Part shown: positions 25,795 through 36,133 of the stretch, piece after piece
Numbering within the stretch: position 1 is the stretch's first letter
How the letters are laid out: each line of letters starts with the position of its first letter
From: a virus
DNA: 64,000 nt
Direction: 5' to 3' (one strand)
IMG/VR virus record: IMGVR_UViG_3300028654_000009
Position numbers and translations under genes: made by a program
Notes under the pieces: model-generated
What the model saw: only the letters and a program-made list of their open reading frames with translations
Databases searched by the model: none
Told to the model about the DNA's origin: nothing

Positions 25795-27918
25795 TTATTT
25801 CTTCTTGAAGTGCGCGGCCACGTCGAGAATCTCTTTTACGGCCGCCTTCGAGTCTTCCTCCCACCCGTCCATAAAGTGCTCGACAGTCTTGTTGTGTTGT
25901 GCTAAGAGCCGCCGCTTGTCCGGCGGGAGCTGCATCTCGTGCTTGCTCAGGGCGTCAAAGGCGATATCGATCGAGCGAGCCAGGTCCGAGGCTCCTGAAC
26001 CAGTCGCCCCTTGCCCCGAGGCGTCTGGGCTGGCCGCCGACTGCTGTTTCTGGGTGGGCTCTGGAGTGTTCTGGCCGCCGGCTGAAGGTCCCTGTGACGG
26101 GTCTCCCCCGCCTCCTGGCTGCCCTCCTGGGGCCCCTCCACCGCCGCCCCCATCCTGTGGGGGCCCGCCACCCTGGGCCTGCTGCTGCTGGGCCATCTGG
26201 GCCTGTTGCTGCGCTTGCTGTTGCTGGACCCACTGGAACCAGAATGGGTCTCTCACGTAGGCCAGATTGGGGTCCTTGCTGGCCCCCTCACGGCCGCAGA
26301 AGTGCTCCAGAATTTGGCCGACGGTGAAATACTGGTCGAGGTAGGTCTTGAACACCGGATTAAGCGGGATTGTGCCGCCCCATGCCTTGCCAACCGGCGG
26401 CTTCTCGACTCGCTCCGAGATGTCGTCATAGTTCATCCAGATCGACATGTCCTGCTGGGTCCGGACGGCTTCTTTCTCGGCGTTGTCGGATTCGAGACCG
26501 ACGAGCCTTACCGAGGCCTTCTTGGACAACTTAGGGTCGATGAGGGGGAACAGGTGCTGGTTGATGAAGTCTTCGAAATTCTTCAGCAGCGGCCGGATAC
26601 CGACATCCCGGGCCGCCGTCATTTTGTACTCGTTGTTGCTCTCCGACAGGGCCTGATTGTTGGTGCCCTTAGACAGATATGACCATCCAGGTAGTTCGTC
26701 TGGAGACATCATGAATGCAGTTAGGATTTCCCGAGCATTCAAATCGCACAGGTACTGAAACTCCATATCCTTCCCCCCGCCCGTATCGATAGGCTTCCAA
26801 TCAATACTTTCATCGACGCCACAACCAAACACTGGCATGCGCCACGAGTTATTGACGCTGTTGATGCTAGCGTTGAACTGTTGCTTGATATTGTGGATGA
26901 CCTGTGGGTTAGCATCCTCGGACGAAATCACCAGCATGCCGCGAGCGGCGCGGCCTGATTGAAAGTAGAGCTTGTTGTGTTGGGTCAGATTAATGTGCGT
27001 GGTCACCGCACTGATGATCGTGTCGATAGGCGTGACGGGATACCCGTCTAGCTCGACGTCTGGAACTGGGTAGCAGTTGTAGACCGACATCTCCTCGGCC
27101 GTGAACGCCTGCTTAGGAGTTCCTTCTACCACCTGTACATAGCAATAGTCGCCGGCCTCGTACTTCTCTTTCTCCAGCTTTTTGCCGGTGATTCTGCAAA
27201 GAAGGTGGTACGCGTCTTGGCGAACGGACTCTAGGCTATCCTGGTTGGAAGGAGCTGCGTCATAAATCGTTCCCGCATCGACGGCGACGAAGTGGTGGAA
27301 CTTTTTCTTGCCCGGAGAGTCCGGGTCATCGATCCAGACTTTTTCACAGGCGATTCGTCCGACGACCAAAGCGTTTCGGGCCTGGAGGGCCAGGAACTCG
27401 GAGAAAGTAGTAACCATATCTAGGCCCGTCGTTTCGCCACACAGGTTGAGTTTCTTGACGGCCCGGTCGATCTGGACATTGAATTCCTTTTTCTCCTCGG
27501 GCGACATCTTGTCCAGCTCGCCTGTATTCGCCTTGATGACGAACCCCGTAGAGAAACGGTCTTCACGGGGGCGCCCGAACGAACTGAGGTGGTTCTGGCG
27601 AGCCCTTACAATGTTTGAAACCAACGAGTCCTGGATTGCAATGCGCTTGAGCATTGCGTCCGGGATGAGTCGCATCTTGGCGCGGTAAACGCCACTGTAA
27701 GTATTATTGAGAGTCGGGTCGGTTTCGAACGATAGCCTTTCTACGCTATCATTACCCTGCCCGTTAAGGACGTTGAGGATCGATTTGGTGAGACTTGGCT
27801 TGTCCTCCCCTGTGCGAACGTACACCATTGACTTGGCCAGGTTCGCAGAAAGTTGCTCCTCGTTGAGCCCCAGTCCGTAAGTCAGGTTGGAGGTGGATTT
27901 TGGGGTTCGCCTTTTCAT
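25795..27918 (-). CDS. Portal protein
   Basis: 707 aa. YPVTPID...YFQSG...DMEFQ...MSPDEL...GIRPLL pattern; two genes downstream of the terminase; Q/G/P-rich tail. Confidence 0.9.
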   Translation of the reverse strand: MKRRTPKSTSNLTYGLGLNEEQLSANLAKSMVYVRTGEDKPSLTKSILNVLNGQGNDSVERLSFETDPTLNNTYSGVYRAKMRLIPDAMLKRIAIQDSLVSNIVRARQNHLSSFGRPREDRFSTGFVIKANTGELDKMSPEEKKEFNVQIDRAVKKLNLCGETTGLDMVTTFSEFLALQARNALVVGRIACEKVWIDDPDSPGKKKFHHFVAVDAGTIYDAAPSNQDSLESVRQDAYHLLCRITGKKLEKEKYEAGDYCYVQVVEGTPKQAFTAEEMSVYNCYPVPDVELDGYPVTPIDTIISAVTTHINLTQHNKLYFQSGRAARGMLVISSEDANPQVIHNIKQQFNASINSVNNSWRMPVFGCGVDESIDWKPIDTGGGKDMEFQYLCDLNAREILTAFMMSPDELPGWSYLSKGTNNQALSESNNEYKMTAARDVGIRPLLKNFEDFINQHLFPLIDPKLSKKASVRLVGLESDNAEKEAVRTQQDMSIWMNYDDISERVEKPPVGKAWGGTIPLNPVFKTYLDQYFTVGQILEHFCGREGASKDPNLAYVRDPFWFQWVQQQQAQQQAQMAQQQQAQGGGPPQDGGGGGGAPGGQPGGGGDPSQGPSAGGQNTPEPTQKQQSAASPDASGQGATGSGASDLARSIDIAFDALSKHEMQLPPDKRRLLAQHNKTVEHFMDGWEEDSKAAVKEILDVAAHFKKK

Positions 27919-27919
27919 T

Positions 27920-28897
27920 TTAGCCCGCCGTCAGAATGACCACGTTAGCTTTTTCGGTAGACCGATTTTTGATAGAGAGCGAGTAGCAGGTCCCCCACTT
28001 TACATAAATTCCCGTCAGGTCATCGTTTGCCGGGGCGATCGGGTCAAGGCGTTCGGTTTCAGCGGTGTTCCCGTTGGACTTGATTGCCACAGACTGGTCC
28101 GTTTCGATGCAGACAAAACGCTTGCTCCCCGAGTAGGCGATCAGCCCGGCCACGCCTGGAACAGCGGTCTCGATAGCAACCGGAACCGTAGAGATGAACT
28201 CCACGAAGGTTGATGTCACAGCAGCGGCGATGTAGCTTCCGGTCGTGCTGGGAGAGAAGCCTGCCGATATATCAAAAGTATCGCCAACCTGTAGGCCGGC
28301 AGAAGAGTAAGCCAGGAATTGAGAATTTAGGGTCACGGGAACGGTCTCCGAAACTCCGGTGAAAATGCTGCCCGTCGCGCGCGAAAGGGTTAGCGTAGTG
28401 GCAGTCGCGGCCAGCACGTTCCATTCCCCTTCGTTCATGGGGTCAAACAGGTGGGGGTCTCCGGTATTGATACCGGGGATGAAGACGTTGTCTCCGACCA
28501 CCACCGCCCCAAACACGGCACCTGCCGAATGGGTAACGGTTACGGTCTGATTAGTGTTCAGGGTGATCGTGACATTCCCACCTGCCAAGGTAAGGTTTCG
28601 GTCGGTACGAAAGTTAGGGGCAGCTCCGGTGCCGGTAAACGCCAATCGATACCGACCATCGCCCAAAGGCGATGCAATGATAGAGAACTGGGACGAGCTA
28701 TTGATAGTCAGAGCCACCAGTGTCGAGAAAATCACCTTCTCTTGAAGAGGCTGCAAAACGGTTGTAGTTGAGTGAGGAAGGTCTACATCAAGACCTTGCA
28801 AGGGTCTCTTCCAGTCAATCAAACGCCTCATCGGGTTGTTGTTTGGCTGAGAGTCTGTGTATGCCAAAGCTTGTAGAGACAGATTGAGAGTGGGCAT
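27920..28897 (-). CDS. Beta-rich putative virion protein
   Basis: 325 aa, Thr/Val/Gly-rich, between terminase and portal, AATCT upstream. Confidence 0.55.
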   Translation of the reverse strand: MPTLNLSLQALAYTDSQPNNNPMRRLIDWKRPLQGLDVDLPHSTTTVLQPLQEKVIFSTLVALTINSSSQFSIIASPLGDGRYRLAFTGTGAAPNFRTDRNLTLAGGNVTITLNTNQTVTVTHSAGAVFGAVVVGDNVFIPGINTGDPHLFDPMNEGEWNVLAATATTLTLSRATGSIFTGVSETVPVTLNSQFLAYSSAGLQVGDTFDISAGFSPSTTGSYIAAAVTSTFVEFISTVPVAIETAVPGVAGLIAYSGSKRFVCIETDQSVAIKSNGNTAETERLDPIAPANDDLTGIYVKWGTCYSLSIKNRSTEKANVVILTAG

Positions 28898-28921
28898 GGT
28901 CTTCCCGTAAGATTACCTTGC

Positions 28922-30979
28922 TTAGCCCAGGTCCCAGCTCAGCTTCCCGGTCTTCCCAGTCTTGCTGTTGGCCCCCTGTCCGGAGGACTTTTTCTTCTTT
29001 CCTGGCTTCTGGGACGAACTTTCTTCCTCGCCGTAATAGCTAAACACGGAACTGCCGTCCGGATTCTCAATACGCATTGGAGGCCTCCCGACCGTGGACA
29101 CTTCCTCCTCCATGCCTCCTGTCTTGGAGGCGACGTAATTCCGCATCCAGTCCGCGTGCGGTTTAGGAGTTGTTTCAGCTTGGGCTTTCTCGTTCGAGAC
29201 CGCCAGACCGCCGTCCATGCTAAACACGTTCATCACGATATACCGGACACAGTCCGCGCCGTCATCGTTATCCTCGGAAGGGATGTTGGTGGGTTTCCCG
29301 GCTGCGTCGTTTTTCCAGTGGTATTCGACGATGCTTCTGATGAAAGCTTCCATGTGTTGGTCGTCATCAATATCCAAAACGAAGAACAACTCGGGCTCGT
29401 CTGTGCCTGGGTTGAGTTTTTTCCTGACGATATTGATACCGCTTACCACAGAACCTGGCTTCTTGGACCAATTCTGTATCTTCCAGCCATTCTTGCGGAA
29501 CATCTTGTTCATCTTCGGGTCAGCCGTGTCTGGGTAGATTTTTGCCTCCCAGTCTTTGTACGGCTCAGAGACCTCAAGCATCTGGTCGGGGTCAAGCCCC
29601 GGCATCATGATTGCGTTCGTGATGAACTGACGAGCGCCGTCCTTGAAACCCAGGCCGAAGGCGAAATTGTGGGTAGACCCCCAGTCGATTCCGCCATTCC
29701 ACTCCACATCTCTCTGAGCCATGGCGGCCATAAACATGGCCTTGGTGTAAAGCCTCGGCTCGATCCCTTCTGGCAGCTCTCCGAAAACCTTCTCGTAGGC
29801 CTCGGCGGGGGTAAGAACATGTTTTTTGCGGTCGAACCGATGATATATCAAACCGGTCGAGGCTGGCTTAAGACAGAGGAGCTGGGCGATACCCATCTCT
29901 ATGCTGTTGACTTTGATAAGCTGGTCTTGGACGTGTTTGATAGGCTTGAGGAACTTTGATGTGTTCGTTTGTCTGGTAGCCAGATTCCCCTTGCATGCAG
30001 AGAACAGCTTGCAATTGGTCATACAGCCGGAATAGGCCATGTCCTCGGTGTATGACTCCTTCTGTTTGAAGGTGAACGAATTGTAGGTATCCTCGTCCAC
30101 CGTACTACGCTCCTGTGTAGAGCGAAACACCTTCAATTTTGGCAAATCCGGGCGGTGGCGCTTGGGAGGACACGCCTCGGTCACGTCAAGGATGTTGAAG
30201 TGCTTTATCTTGAGCCCGGTCTTGTCGGCGTTGTTGATTTCGTCCTGAACGATGCCGAATGCCGTTTTCCTGGTGGAGGTCAGAATGGTTAGCGGGGGGA
30301 CCTTGACACCATCCCTTCTGGTCAACGGCGTAGGAATATTCTTCGCTTCTTCGTAAGCCTTGATGTTGACGATGATGTCAATCTCATCAAGACACAGAAG
30401 GGGTGAGTGCTTCCCGTTTGTCGAGGTGATGGTTGCGACTACGATTTCTGCCTGGTTCTCTACCCTGAAGTAGCCAGAGTGCTCACGCTCAGGGAGCGAA
30501 AGGAATTCCTTTTCGGTCAACACCAGGCCCCCTGGGTTTACGGGCCGGTACAGGATTACACCCGTTTTCCTTTTGGAGTCTCCAGCAACAAACCCTCGGA
30601 GATGTTGCCTCGACAAAAACTTCTTCAAGTATTTTTGGGCGTTGGTGCTCTGCTCCTCGATGGCCGCGAGGTGGACCACAGAGATATCAAGATGGAACAA
30701 GGCCAGGACCTCTACCACGGACTGGGTGAGCGTTTTCCCGGCATCACGGGCAGAATAATACAACACACGCGGGGCCTCATCGCCGGTTGCGGTGTTGGGG
30801 TCATAGTGAGCGAAATGGGAATATGTCGCCCAAGCCATATCAAGCGGTGTCGTGTTGGAATCCGGGTCTACAATAGCGTCCGGAAGCTCAAGGTCCAGGT
30901 GGACGTAAATCCAGTCCTTGAGTTCCTCCCGCGTATTGCAAATCGTGAATATCGACTCGCGCATCTCGGGGTCGAGCAT
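28922..30979 (-). CDS. terL: Terminase large subunit
   Basis: Walker A ARDAGKT, Walker B LCLDEID, motif III STR, nuclease GGIDWG...DDGAD. Confidence 0.9.
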   Translation of the reverse strand: MLDPEMRESIFTICNTREELKDWIYVHLDLELPDAIVDPDSNTTPLDMAWATYSHFAHYDPNTATGDEAPRVLYYSARDAGKTLTQSVVEVLALFHLDISVVHLAAIEEQSTNAQKYLKKFLSRQHLRGFVAGDSKRKTGVILYRPVNPGGLVLTEKEFLSLPEREHSGYFRVENQAEIVVATITSTNGKHSPLLCLDEIDIIVNIKAYEEAKNIPTPLTRRDGVKVPPLTILTSTRKTAFGIVQDEINNADKTGLKIKHFNILDVTEACPPKRHRPDLPKLKVFRSTQERSTVDEDTYNSFTFKQKESYTEDMAYSGCMTNCKLFSACKGNLATRQTNTSKFLKPIKHVQDQLIKVNSIEMGIAQLLCLKPASTGLIYHRFDRKKHVLTPAEAYEKVFGELPEGIEPRLYTKAMFMAAMAQRDVEWNGGIDWGSTHNFAFGLGFKDGARQFITNAIMMPGLDPDQMLEVSEPYKDWEAKIYPDTADPKMNKMFRKNGWKIQNWSKKPGSVVSGINIVRKKLNPGTDEPELFFVLDIDDDQHMEAFIRSIVEYHWKNDAAGKPTNIPSEDNDDGADCVRYIVMNVFSMDGGLAVSNEKAQAETTPKPHADWMRNYVASKTGGMEEEVSTVGRPPMRIENPDGSSVFSYYGEEESSSQKPGKKKKSSGQGANSKTGKTGKLSWDLG

Positions 30980-30982
30980 GTC

Positions 30983-31657
30983 TTACTTCTCCGAAGCCTT
31001 CTTTTGAGCAGCCAGCTCCGCGATTCTCTTGGTGGCTGCCGAAGGCGTTCTTACGAAAGTCTCAAGCGGAGGCAGCTCATCGTCCGAGCGCTCGCTGGAT
31101 GGCGGGGACTTTTTGTTGTCCTGTCCAGTCAAAGTAGAAATGAGAGCGGCCAGTTCTCTAAGCTGCGTGATGGTCGCTCGATCGGTTGCGCCTTTGAGGC
31201 CTTCCTGGGCTGGCGCCAAGAAAGTCACGTCGCCTGTCTGGAGGTATTTTGCTAGGTTGTCTCGATGCTGCTTATTGATAGCCGCCATCATGTCCGCAGC
31301 CAGCTGAACCCCCTCCGTGATCGCCATGACCGCCCTGGTCTTCGCGCGTTCCACCGCAGTCGACTGCCACTCTTCTCTGCGGGCGTTCCAATCTCCCTGA
31401 ACCGCTGCATAAACGAGCTGTCCCAGGCTGATGGTAGGGTTGAGGGCTCGGATTTCGGCGAAGGTCTTGCCGTGCAAGAAGAGGTTGAAAATTTTCTCTG
31501 CTACCGAATCCGACAAAGGGAAGCTCGAACTCTCGCCCCTGCTCTTCTTCTCCAAAAAGTAGTCTAAAGCGTACCTCTCAGCTGGCCTTAACCAGTCAAG
31601 GTGGCTATCGGCGCTTTTTTCTAGCTGCAGGCTTTCGTTTTTTGGTTGGTTTGACAT
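30983..31657 (-). CDS. Putative terminase small subunit
   Basis: HTH-like then helical protein immediately upstream of terL; start uncertain (31657 or 31711). Confidence 0.5.
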   Translation of the reverse strand: MSNQPKNESLQLEKSADSHLDWLRPAERYALDYFLEKKSRGESSSFPLSDSVAEKIFNLFLHGKTFAEIRALNPTISLGQLVYAAVQGDWNARREEWQSTAVERAKTRAVMAITEGVQLAADMMAAINKQHRDNLAKYLQTGDVTFLAPAQEGLKGATDRATITQLRELAALISTLTGQDNKKSPPSSERSDDELPPLETFVRTPSAATKRIAELAAQKKASEK

Positions 31658-32000
31658 TGAGTTCGGGAGCCGGTCCCGATTCGAAGATTGGGGCGCCGTT
31701 GTATTTGACACATAGCTTCCAGCTGTCCCCTAACAGCGTGCGCACCCACTTCCACAAATTCTGAAAAGAAGTCTTCGAAGGGGGCTTGGCTGGAGGGCCC
31801 GTCCAGTCGTATTGGACGAGCTTTTCGCTCACGTCCAGGACGGCTTCGGCCTTGTCGATCTTGGGCATCACACAGAATGGCCAGGAACGAAGTTGAAGCG
31901 CCTGGGCCTCGTGAAGAGCGCCCGTCCTCTCGAATAGGTCACGCAAAAGGATGAGCTGCTCCTTGGGCGTTAGCTGAGCCTTCCCAGGAATCTTATCCAT
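31605..32000 (-). CDS. Hypothetical protein with basic C-terminal tail
   Basis: 131 aa, coupled in the operon. Confidence 0.65.
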   Translation of the reverse strand: MDKIPGKAQLTPKEQLILLRDLFERTGALHEAQALQLRSWPFCVMPKIDKAEAVLDVSEKLVQYDWTGPPAKPPSKTSFQNLWKWVRTLLGDSWKLCVKYNGAPIFESGPAPELNVKPTKKRKPAARKKRR

Positions 32001-33000
32001 TGCGTTTCATCCTTTCATTTATGGCATTCTTGAGCTTGTCAATAGGAGATCCGAAGGGCGGGACGAAGGACGTTGTGAACTTCTCGAAGCTGGCCTCCAC
32101 CCCTAGAGACTCAGACACCTCAGTCCGGCGGGCTTTTTCGATAAACAGCCGGGTCTTGCAACCTGGGAACCTGGCCCGCAAATGATTCTGGCGCTCGCGG
32201 ACGTGGGTGGGGGTCCCGTAAATCGAAAACCGAATGTCGTCCGTGGCTCGGACTCCGTCCAAATGGTCGTCGTCCAGAATCGGGGCGTCTGGGCGATCGT
32301 CATAGGCCCAAATCATGCGGCAGACCTTGCCGGTAGCGTATGAGGAATCCCATGTAAGGGAATCAACAGAATGCTCCACCAGGCTGATGAATTTGAACTC
32401 GTTGGCATCAGTCTTGGTCATCCATCGAGGCGAACCGACATATGTCACCTGCCCAACGTCCTGGCGCTTGTGAATGTGACCGGAAATTACTTTCTTGAAC
32501 GGGAGCGACCCCGGGTCAACGCCATCTTTTGCGTAAAATGAATCGTGATACTGTGCTCCGTAGAAGGTCTGATGGCAGAGCAACGTGTGCGGGTGGCCTT
32601 CGCTCTCATACAGAGCTAGGGCGGCTCGCAAAAAGTCCACAGGGTCTGGATAGTACGGCATGGCCGCTATACCGGGGTACAGCAGCTGCGGGACGTCCAC
32701 GGTCTTGATGTTTGGGTGGGCGATCATGGCGTGCGGGAACTGGCTCGTGGGAGACACGAGGTCGTGGTTCCCTACCAATGCCACCACCTGGGTTACGGCC
32801 TGCAGATTCGTAAACCACCTCGACCAAAATTCAACGCCCCTCGTGTCTATGATGTTGTGGGAATGGTATTGGTCACCCATGAACACCACAGATTCGATCT
32901 GGCGGGCGCACACGGTTTCGTAAATGAAGCCCAGCAGAGCCTCACAATCCTTCTGGTGCTCGGGGGTGTAGTGCGGGTCCCCGATTAGAAGACTGAGCAT
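31993..33000 (-). CDS. sbcD: Mre11/SbcD (T4 gp47-like) nuclease
   Basis: GDPH, GDQYH, GNHD, CHQ, GHIH and YVGSP motifs. Confidence 0.85.
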   Translation of the reverse strand: MLSLLIGDPHYTPEHQKDCEALLGFIYETVCARQIESVVFMGDQYHSHNIIDTRGVEFWSRWFTNLQAVTQVVALVGNHDLVSPTSQFPHAMIAHPNIKTVDVPQLLYPGIAAMPYYPDPVDFLRAALALYESEGHPHTLLCHQTFYGAQYHDSFYAKDGVDPGSLPFKKVISGHIHKRQDVGQVTYVGSPRWMTKTDANEFKFISLVEHSVDSLTWDSSYATGKVCRMIWAYDDRPDAPILDDDHLDGVRATDDIRFSIYGTPTHVRERQNHLRARFPGCKTRLFIEKARRTEVSESLGVEASFEKFTTSFVPPFGSPIDKLKNAINERMKRNG

Positions 33001-33296
33001 GGCTTTACGGCTCGGATTTCGCTCGCCGGGACGAAGATGAATTCGCCTTGGACTCCCTCTGCGGTCAAACGCTTCTTCGACTCCGGCTGGTTCCGCAATT
33101 CAGGGTTGACGTAAATGACTGCGCCGGCTTTCAGCTCAGGGTATGCGTCATTCCCGGGCTTGAAATCGAGCACGACCTCCAGCGTGGCCAAAGCCCCGGT
33201 AGAGATAGCGAAACCTTTAGCGGGGTCAGGCTTCGTGATCACGAAAGGTCTACAAGCAACCACGTTGTTTGTCGTATAGATAGCGTTTCGGTCCAT
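32985..33296 (-). CDS. groES: Divergent GroES-like co-chaperonin
   Basis: 103 aa, aligns by eye to GroES: NNVVACRP/KGFAIS/LEVV/ELKAGAVIYV/EFIFVPASEIRAV. Confidence 0.6.
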   Translation of the reverse strand: MDRNAIYTTNNVVACRPFVITKPDPAKGFAISTGALATLEVVLDFKPGNDAYPELKAGAVIYVNPELRNQPESKKRLTAEGVQGEFIFVPASEIRAVKPCSVF

Positions 33297-34384
33297 TATT
33301 CCTCCTGATTGGTTTCTGGGATGACGCCCTTGAGCCGCAAAATCTTCCGCTCGAACACAGACAACGTTTCGATGGCCTTCGCCAGCGTGAAGCTAAGCTC
33401 GGCTCGCTCCATCTGGACGTCCGGGCGCACGTCTTCTCCGGCGTCCATCATCAACCCGCCCTGACGAAGACCGCTATTCCCCGTTGACATGGCACGAGAA
33501 GAATGTCCGCTTGCATAGTCGCCAGTCGAAATCACGCTGGCAGCGGCCATGAGGTCGGCTATCTCGCCTGTCGTGGTCCTATTCTTTTCGGGAGTCTCGT
33601 GGTTCACGAAGTCCGCCATATCTGAAAAATCATTTGACATCTGCCTGCTGTTGAATTTGTTGGCCCGATAGAGCTTTCGCTTGTCGCTCGGGTAGAAATG
33701 GATTACGGTCTCGGAATACGCATCGATCACGTTGCCCGTCATTCGCCCAATCGCCACGGGAGCGAACACGTCAGGGGCATCTGAGGGAACAAACTTGTCT
33801 ACCGCCGCTATCAGCCCCTCTGAAGAAATCTGAATCATATCCAGGAACGACAGATGGGACTTTGGCATCTTGTTCCAGAAGATTTTGCTGCGCGAGATGG
33901 CCAAGGGTAGATTCGTCTCTACGATTTTGGTCCTTAGCAGCCCGATTTTTTCGTACAGCTCTACCAGCTGGGGGACCTCCCGAAGCTCTGGGCTGCGCAT
34001 CACGAAAGTGGCGAACGGGAAATTGATTTTGAAGAACAATAGCTGGCGCCAGGCCTTGGATTTAATTGCCAGAGAGATGCTCTCGGTAAAGGTCGACTGT
34101 CGCTCACGGAAGTACGGGCGAGCCGTCAGGACGTTCTTCTTCACGTCGACAAAGTAATCACAAAAAGGAGCGTAAGCGCTCCGCCCCTGGTCTCGTTCAA
34201 TCAGGGCCAGCTTGAATTCGTTCTCCAGCCGGCACAGCTCAAGAATATTCGCCTCCCTCGCTATCGAGGCCTTCTTGCCCTTGGCTCCCCCGTGGCCCTT
34301 AATCAGCTGCTCAAGGTCAGAAGCGAACGAACGGAAATGTTCGTGTGCGATATCGTCCATATCAATATGAGTGTTACGCGACAT
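33296..34384 (-). CDS. Phage sigma70-family sigma factor (region 4 truncated)
   Basis: Region 2: IVETNLPLAIS...DMIQISSEGLIAAVDKF. Ends shortly after LSVFERKILRLKG. Confidence 0.8.
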   Translation of the reverse strand: MSRNTHIDMDDIAHEHFRSFASDLEQLIKGHGGAKGKKASIAREANILELCRLENEFKLALIERDQGRSAYAPFCDYFVDVKKNVLTARPYFRERQSTFTESISLAIKSKAWRQLLFFKINFPFATFVMRSPELREVPQLVELYEKIGLLRTKIVETNLPLAISRSKIFWNKMPKSHLSFLDMIQISSEGLIAAVDKFVPSDAPDVFAPVAIGRMTGNVIDAYSETVIHFYPSDKRKLYRANKFNSRQMSNDFSDMADFVNHETPEKNRTTTGEIADLMAAASVISTGDYASGHSSRAMSTGNSGLRQGGLMMDAGEDVRPDVQMERAELSFTLAKAIETLSVFERKILRLKGVIPETNQEE

Positions 34385-35882
34385 TGATTACCTTGGTCTG
34401 CTTTCTGGGGAAGACGGAATCAAAAATCCGGCGGCGCTCCTCGGCGTGTTTCCTGAGGACACCGATGTTATCGATCCCGTAGTCCACGTAGTTGAACTTG
34501 TTTTTTCCAGGAGGCTTCCTGGTCCCCCGCCCAATACTTTGCCGAATCCGGTTCTCAGAGGTCAACCCGATCAGGTCGTAAATTACGGTAGGAGTCTTGA
34601 TATCTGTTCCGATTCCGATACAGGAAGTGCCCACCAGAATATCTAGCTCTCCAGCGTCGAATTTAGATACCAACTCCATCGGGTCGGACTTGAAGAACTC
34701 CTCGGGAATCTCTTTACGCTGGACAGCGTTCAGACCTCCGTGAGCGAAACCCACCCGCAACTCCTTGATGAATGGGTACAGTCGTGGGAATTGGGAAACC
34801 TCGTCAATCAGCACGAGCGGCTTGTAGCCCTTTACCATCCCCTTGTGGACCAAATTGGCGACATGGGGGTAAATCAGCGGGTTGGCGTGCAGGTGCTCCC
34901 GATTCATCTTGATAGCGTCTGTAGAGTAGAACGACGAATCGGAGTACACCATAAACTGGACGAAGTTAGGTTCGGCCAGGTAGCCTCCGTCCACGGCTTG
35001 CTCCAGGCTCATCTCGTAAACGATTCGACCGATGATCCCCTCCAGCACGAGGTCGAGGCCGTCATGTCGTTCCGGGGTCCCCGAGAACGAAAACCGATAT
35101 GGAGCCTCGCTCAGCAGCTCTACGGCGATCTTCGAGACCGACTCGGCAGGGATGAGGTGGCACTCGTCAAAAGCCACCACCGGCTTCGCCCTAAGCTTCT
35201 CCTCGTGTTCGGAGCCCTTCTCGATCATCATCAAGGACTTAGAGACCGCAACCACAAAGTGTTTGGAGCTTTCCTTTTTGCCGCCGAAGAACTTGCCCAC
35301 CTTGCCTACACCGAAGTGGTGGACCATGTCGGAGTAAAGCTGGTTCGCGATCGACAGGGTCGGAGTCACAATCACCGCAGGGAGCCCCAGAGCGAGCAGG
35401 ATGCGATTGATCACCAGACTCTTGCCGGACCCCGTGGGAAGCGAAACGGCCCCGTGGCGCGCAGCCAGGAGTGCTTCCATGGCGCCCTGTTGGTAGGGGC
35501 GCGGCTCGTACGGCTGGTGGGCCAGTTTTATGGCCCTGGCGCCTGGCATCGGGAAATCGGCGATAACCGGCTCGCCGTACTTTTCGGACAACCGCTGGGC
35601 CAAGCCGGCGTGGGTCCAATACCCGCTCGCATCCTGGAACACGCAGGTCTTGTTCACCTCCGAGGCCAGCTGGCGGATTTTGTCGTTCAGCGCTTCGAGC
35701 CCGTGTTTCTTGACAAACCAATGGCTTTGGAGTTTGTCGTCGGGGAGTTTCGACACCCGACGCCACACGCCAAGCTCGTACTGAATCTTGCTGTCTTTGT
35801 ACGCCAATAGCCTGCGAACGTCATCAATGTCAATCGATAACGGCAGGCGACAGACGGTAGGACTCTCTAAGACAAGCGGCAC
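34374..35882 (-). CDS. Superfamily 2 helicase (UvsW-like)
   Basis: PRPYQ, PTGSGKS, DECH, SGT and QSIGRGTR motifs. Confidence 0.9.
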   Translation of the reverse strand: MPLVLESPTVCRLPLSIDIDDVRRLLAYKDSKIQYELGVWRRVSKLPDDKLQSHWFVKKHGLEALNDKIRQLASEVNKTCVFQDASGYWTHAGLAQRLSEKYGEPVIADFPMPGARAIKLAHQPYEPRPYQQGAMEALLAARHGAVSLPTGSGKSLVINRILLALGLPAVIVTPTLSIANQLYSDMVHHFGVGKVGKFFGGKKESSKHFVVAVSKSLMMIEKGSEHEEKLRAKPVVAFDECHLIPAESVSKIAVELLSEAPYRFSFSGTPERHDGLDLVLEGIIGRIVYEMSLEQAVDGGYLAEPNFVQFMVYSDSSFYSTDAIKMNREHLHANPLIYPHVANLVHKGMVKGYKPLVLIDEVSQFPRLYPFIKELRVGFAHGGLNAVQRKEIPEEFFKSDPMELVSKFDAGELDILVGTSCIGIGTDIKTPTVIYDLIGLTSENRIRQSIGRGTRKPPGKNKFNYVDYGIDNIGVLRKHAEERRRIFDSVFPRKQTKVINVA

Positions 35883-35889
35883 GATATGT

Positions 35890-35918
35890 ATCGTACCACA
35901 CGATTAACCGGATTTCAA
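35890..35918 (-). promoter_or_regulatory. Promoter TTGAAA-N17-TACGAT (extended TG), leaderless
   Basis: GTG 35882 is 7 nt after the -10. Confidence 0.65.
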
Positions 35919-36133
35919 GCCTTCTTACGCTCGAAACGTCGTCCGATCTGTTCGTACTCGATATACAGGTGAGCGCCGCAGGTGACGCACACGTGCTTCT
36001 CCTGATTGCCGACCGAGGAGCCTACCCTCTCGGTCTTTTGATGGGTGCAGCCCCACGCTTCGGTGGGAAGCTCCCTCTTGGCCTTTGCGCTGTGTCCCAG
36101 GTCTCGTACCCCTTGCTTCGTAAACTTGCTCAT
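35915..36133 (-). CDS. Small Zn-ribbon protein
   Basis: Start ATG 36133 (ATGA overlap); CTH...CVTC. Confidence 0.6.
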   Translation of the reverse strand: MSKFTKQGVRDLGHSAKAKRELPTEAWGCTHQKTERVGSSVGNQEKHVCVTCGAHLYIEYEQIGRRFERKKA

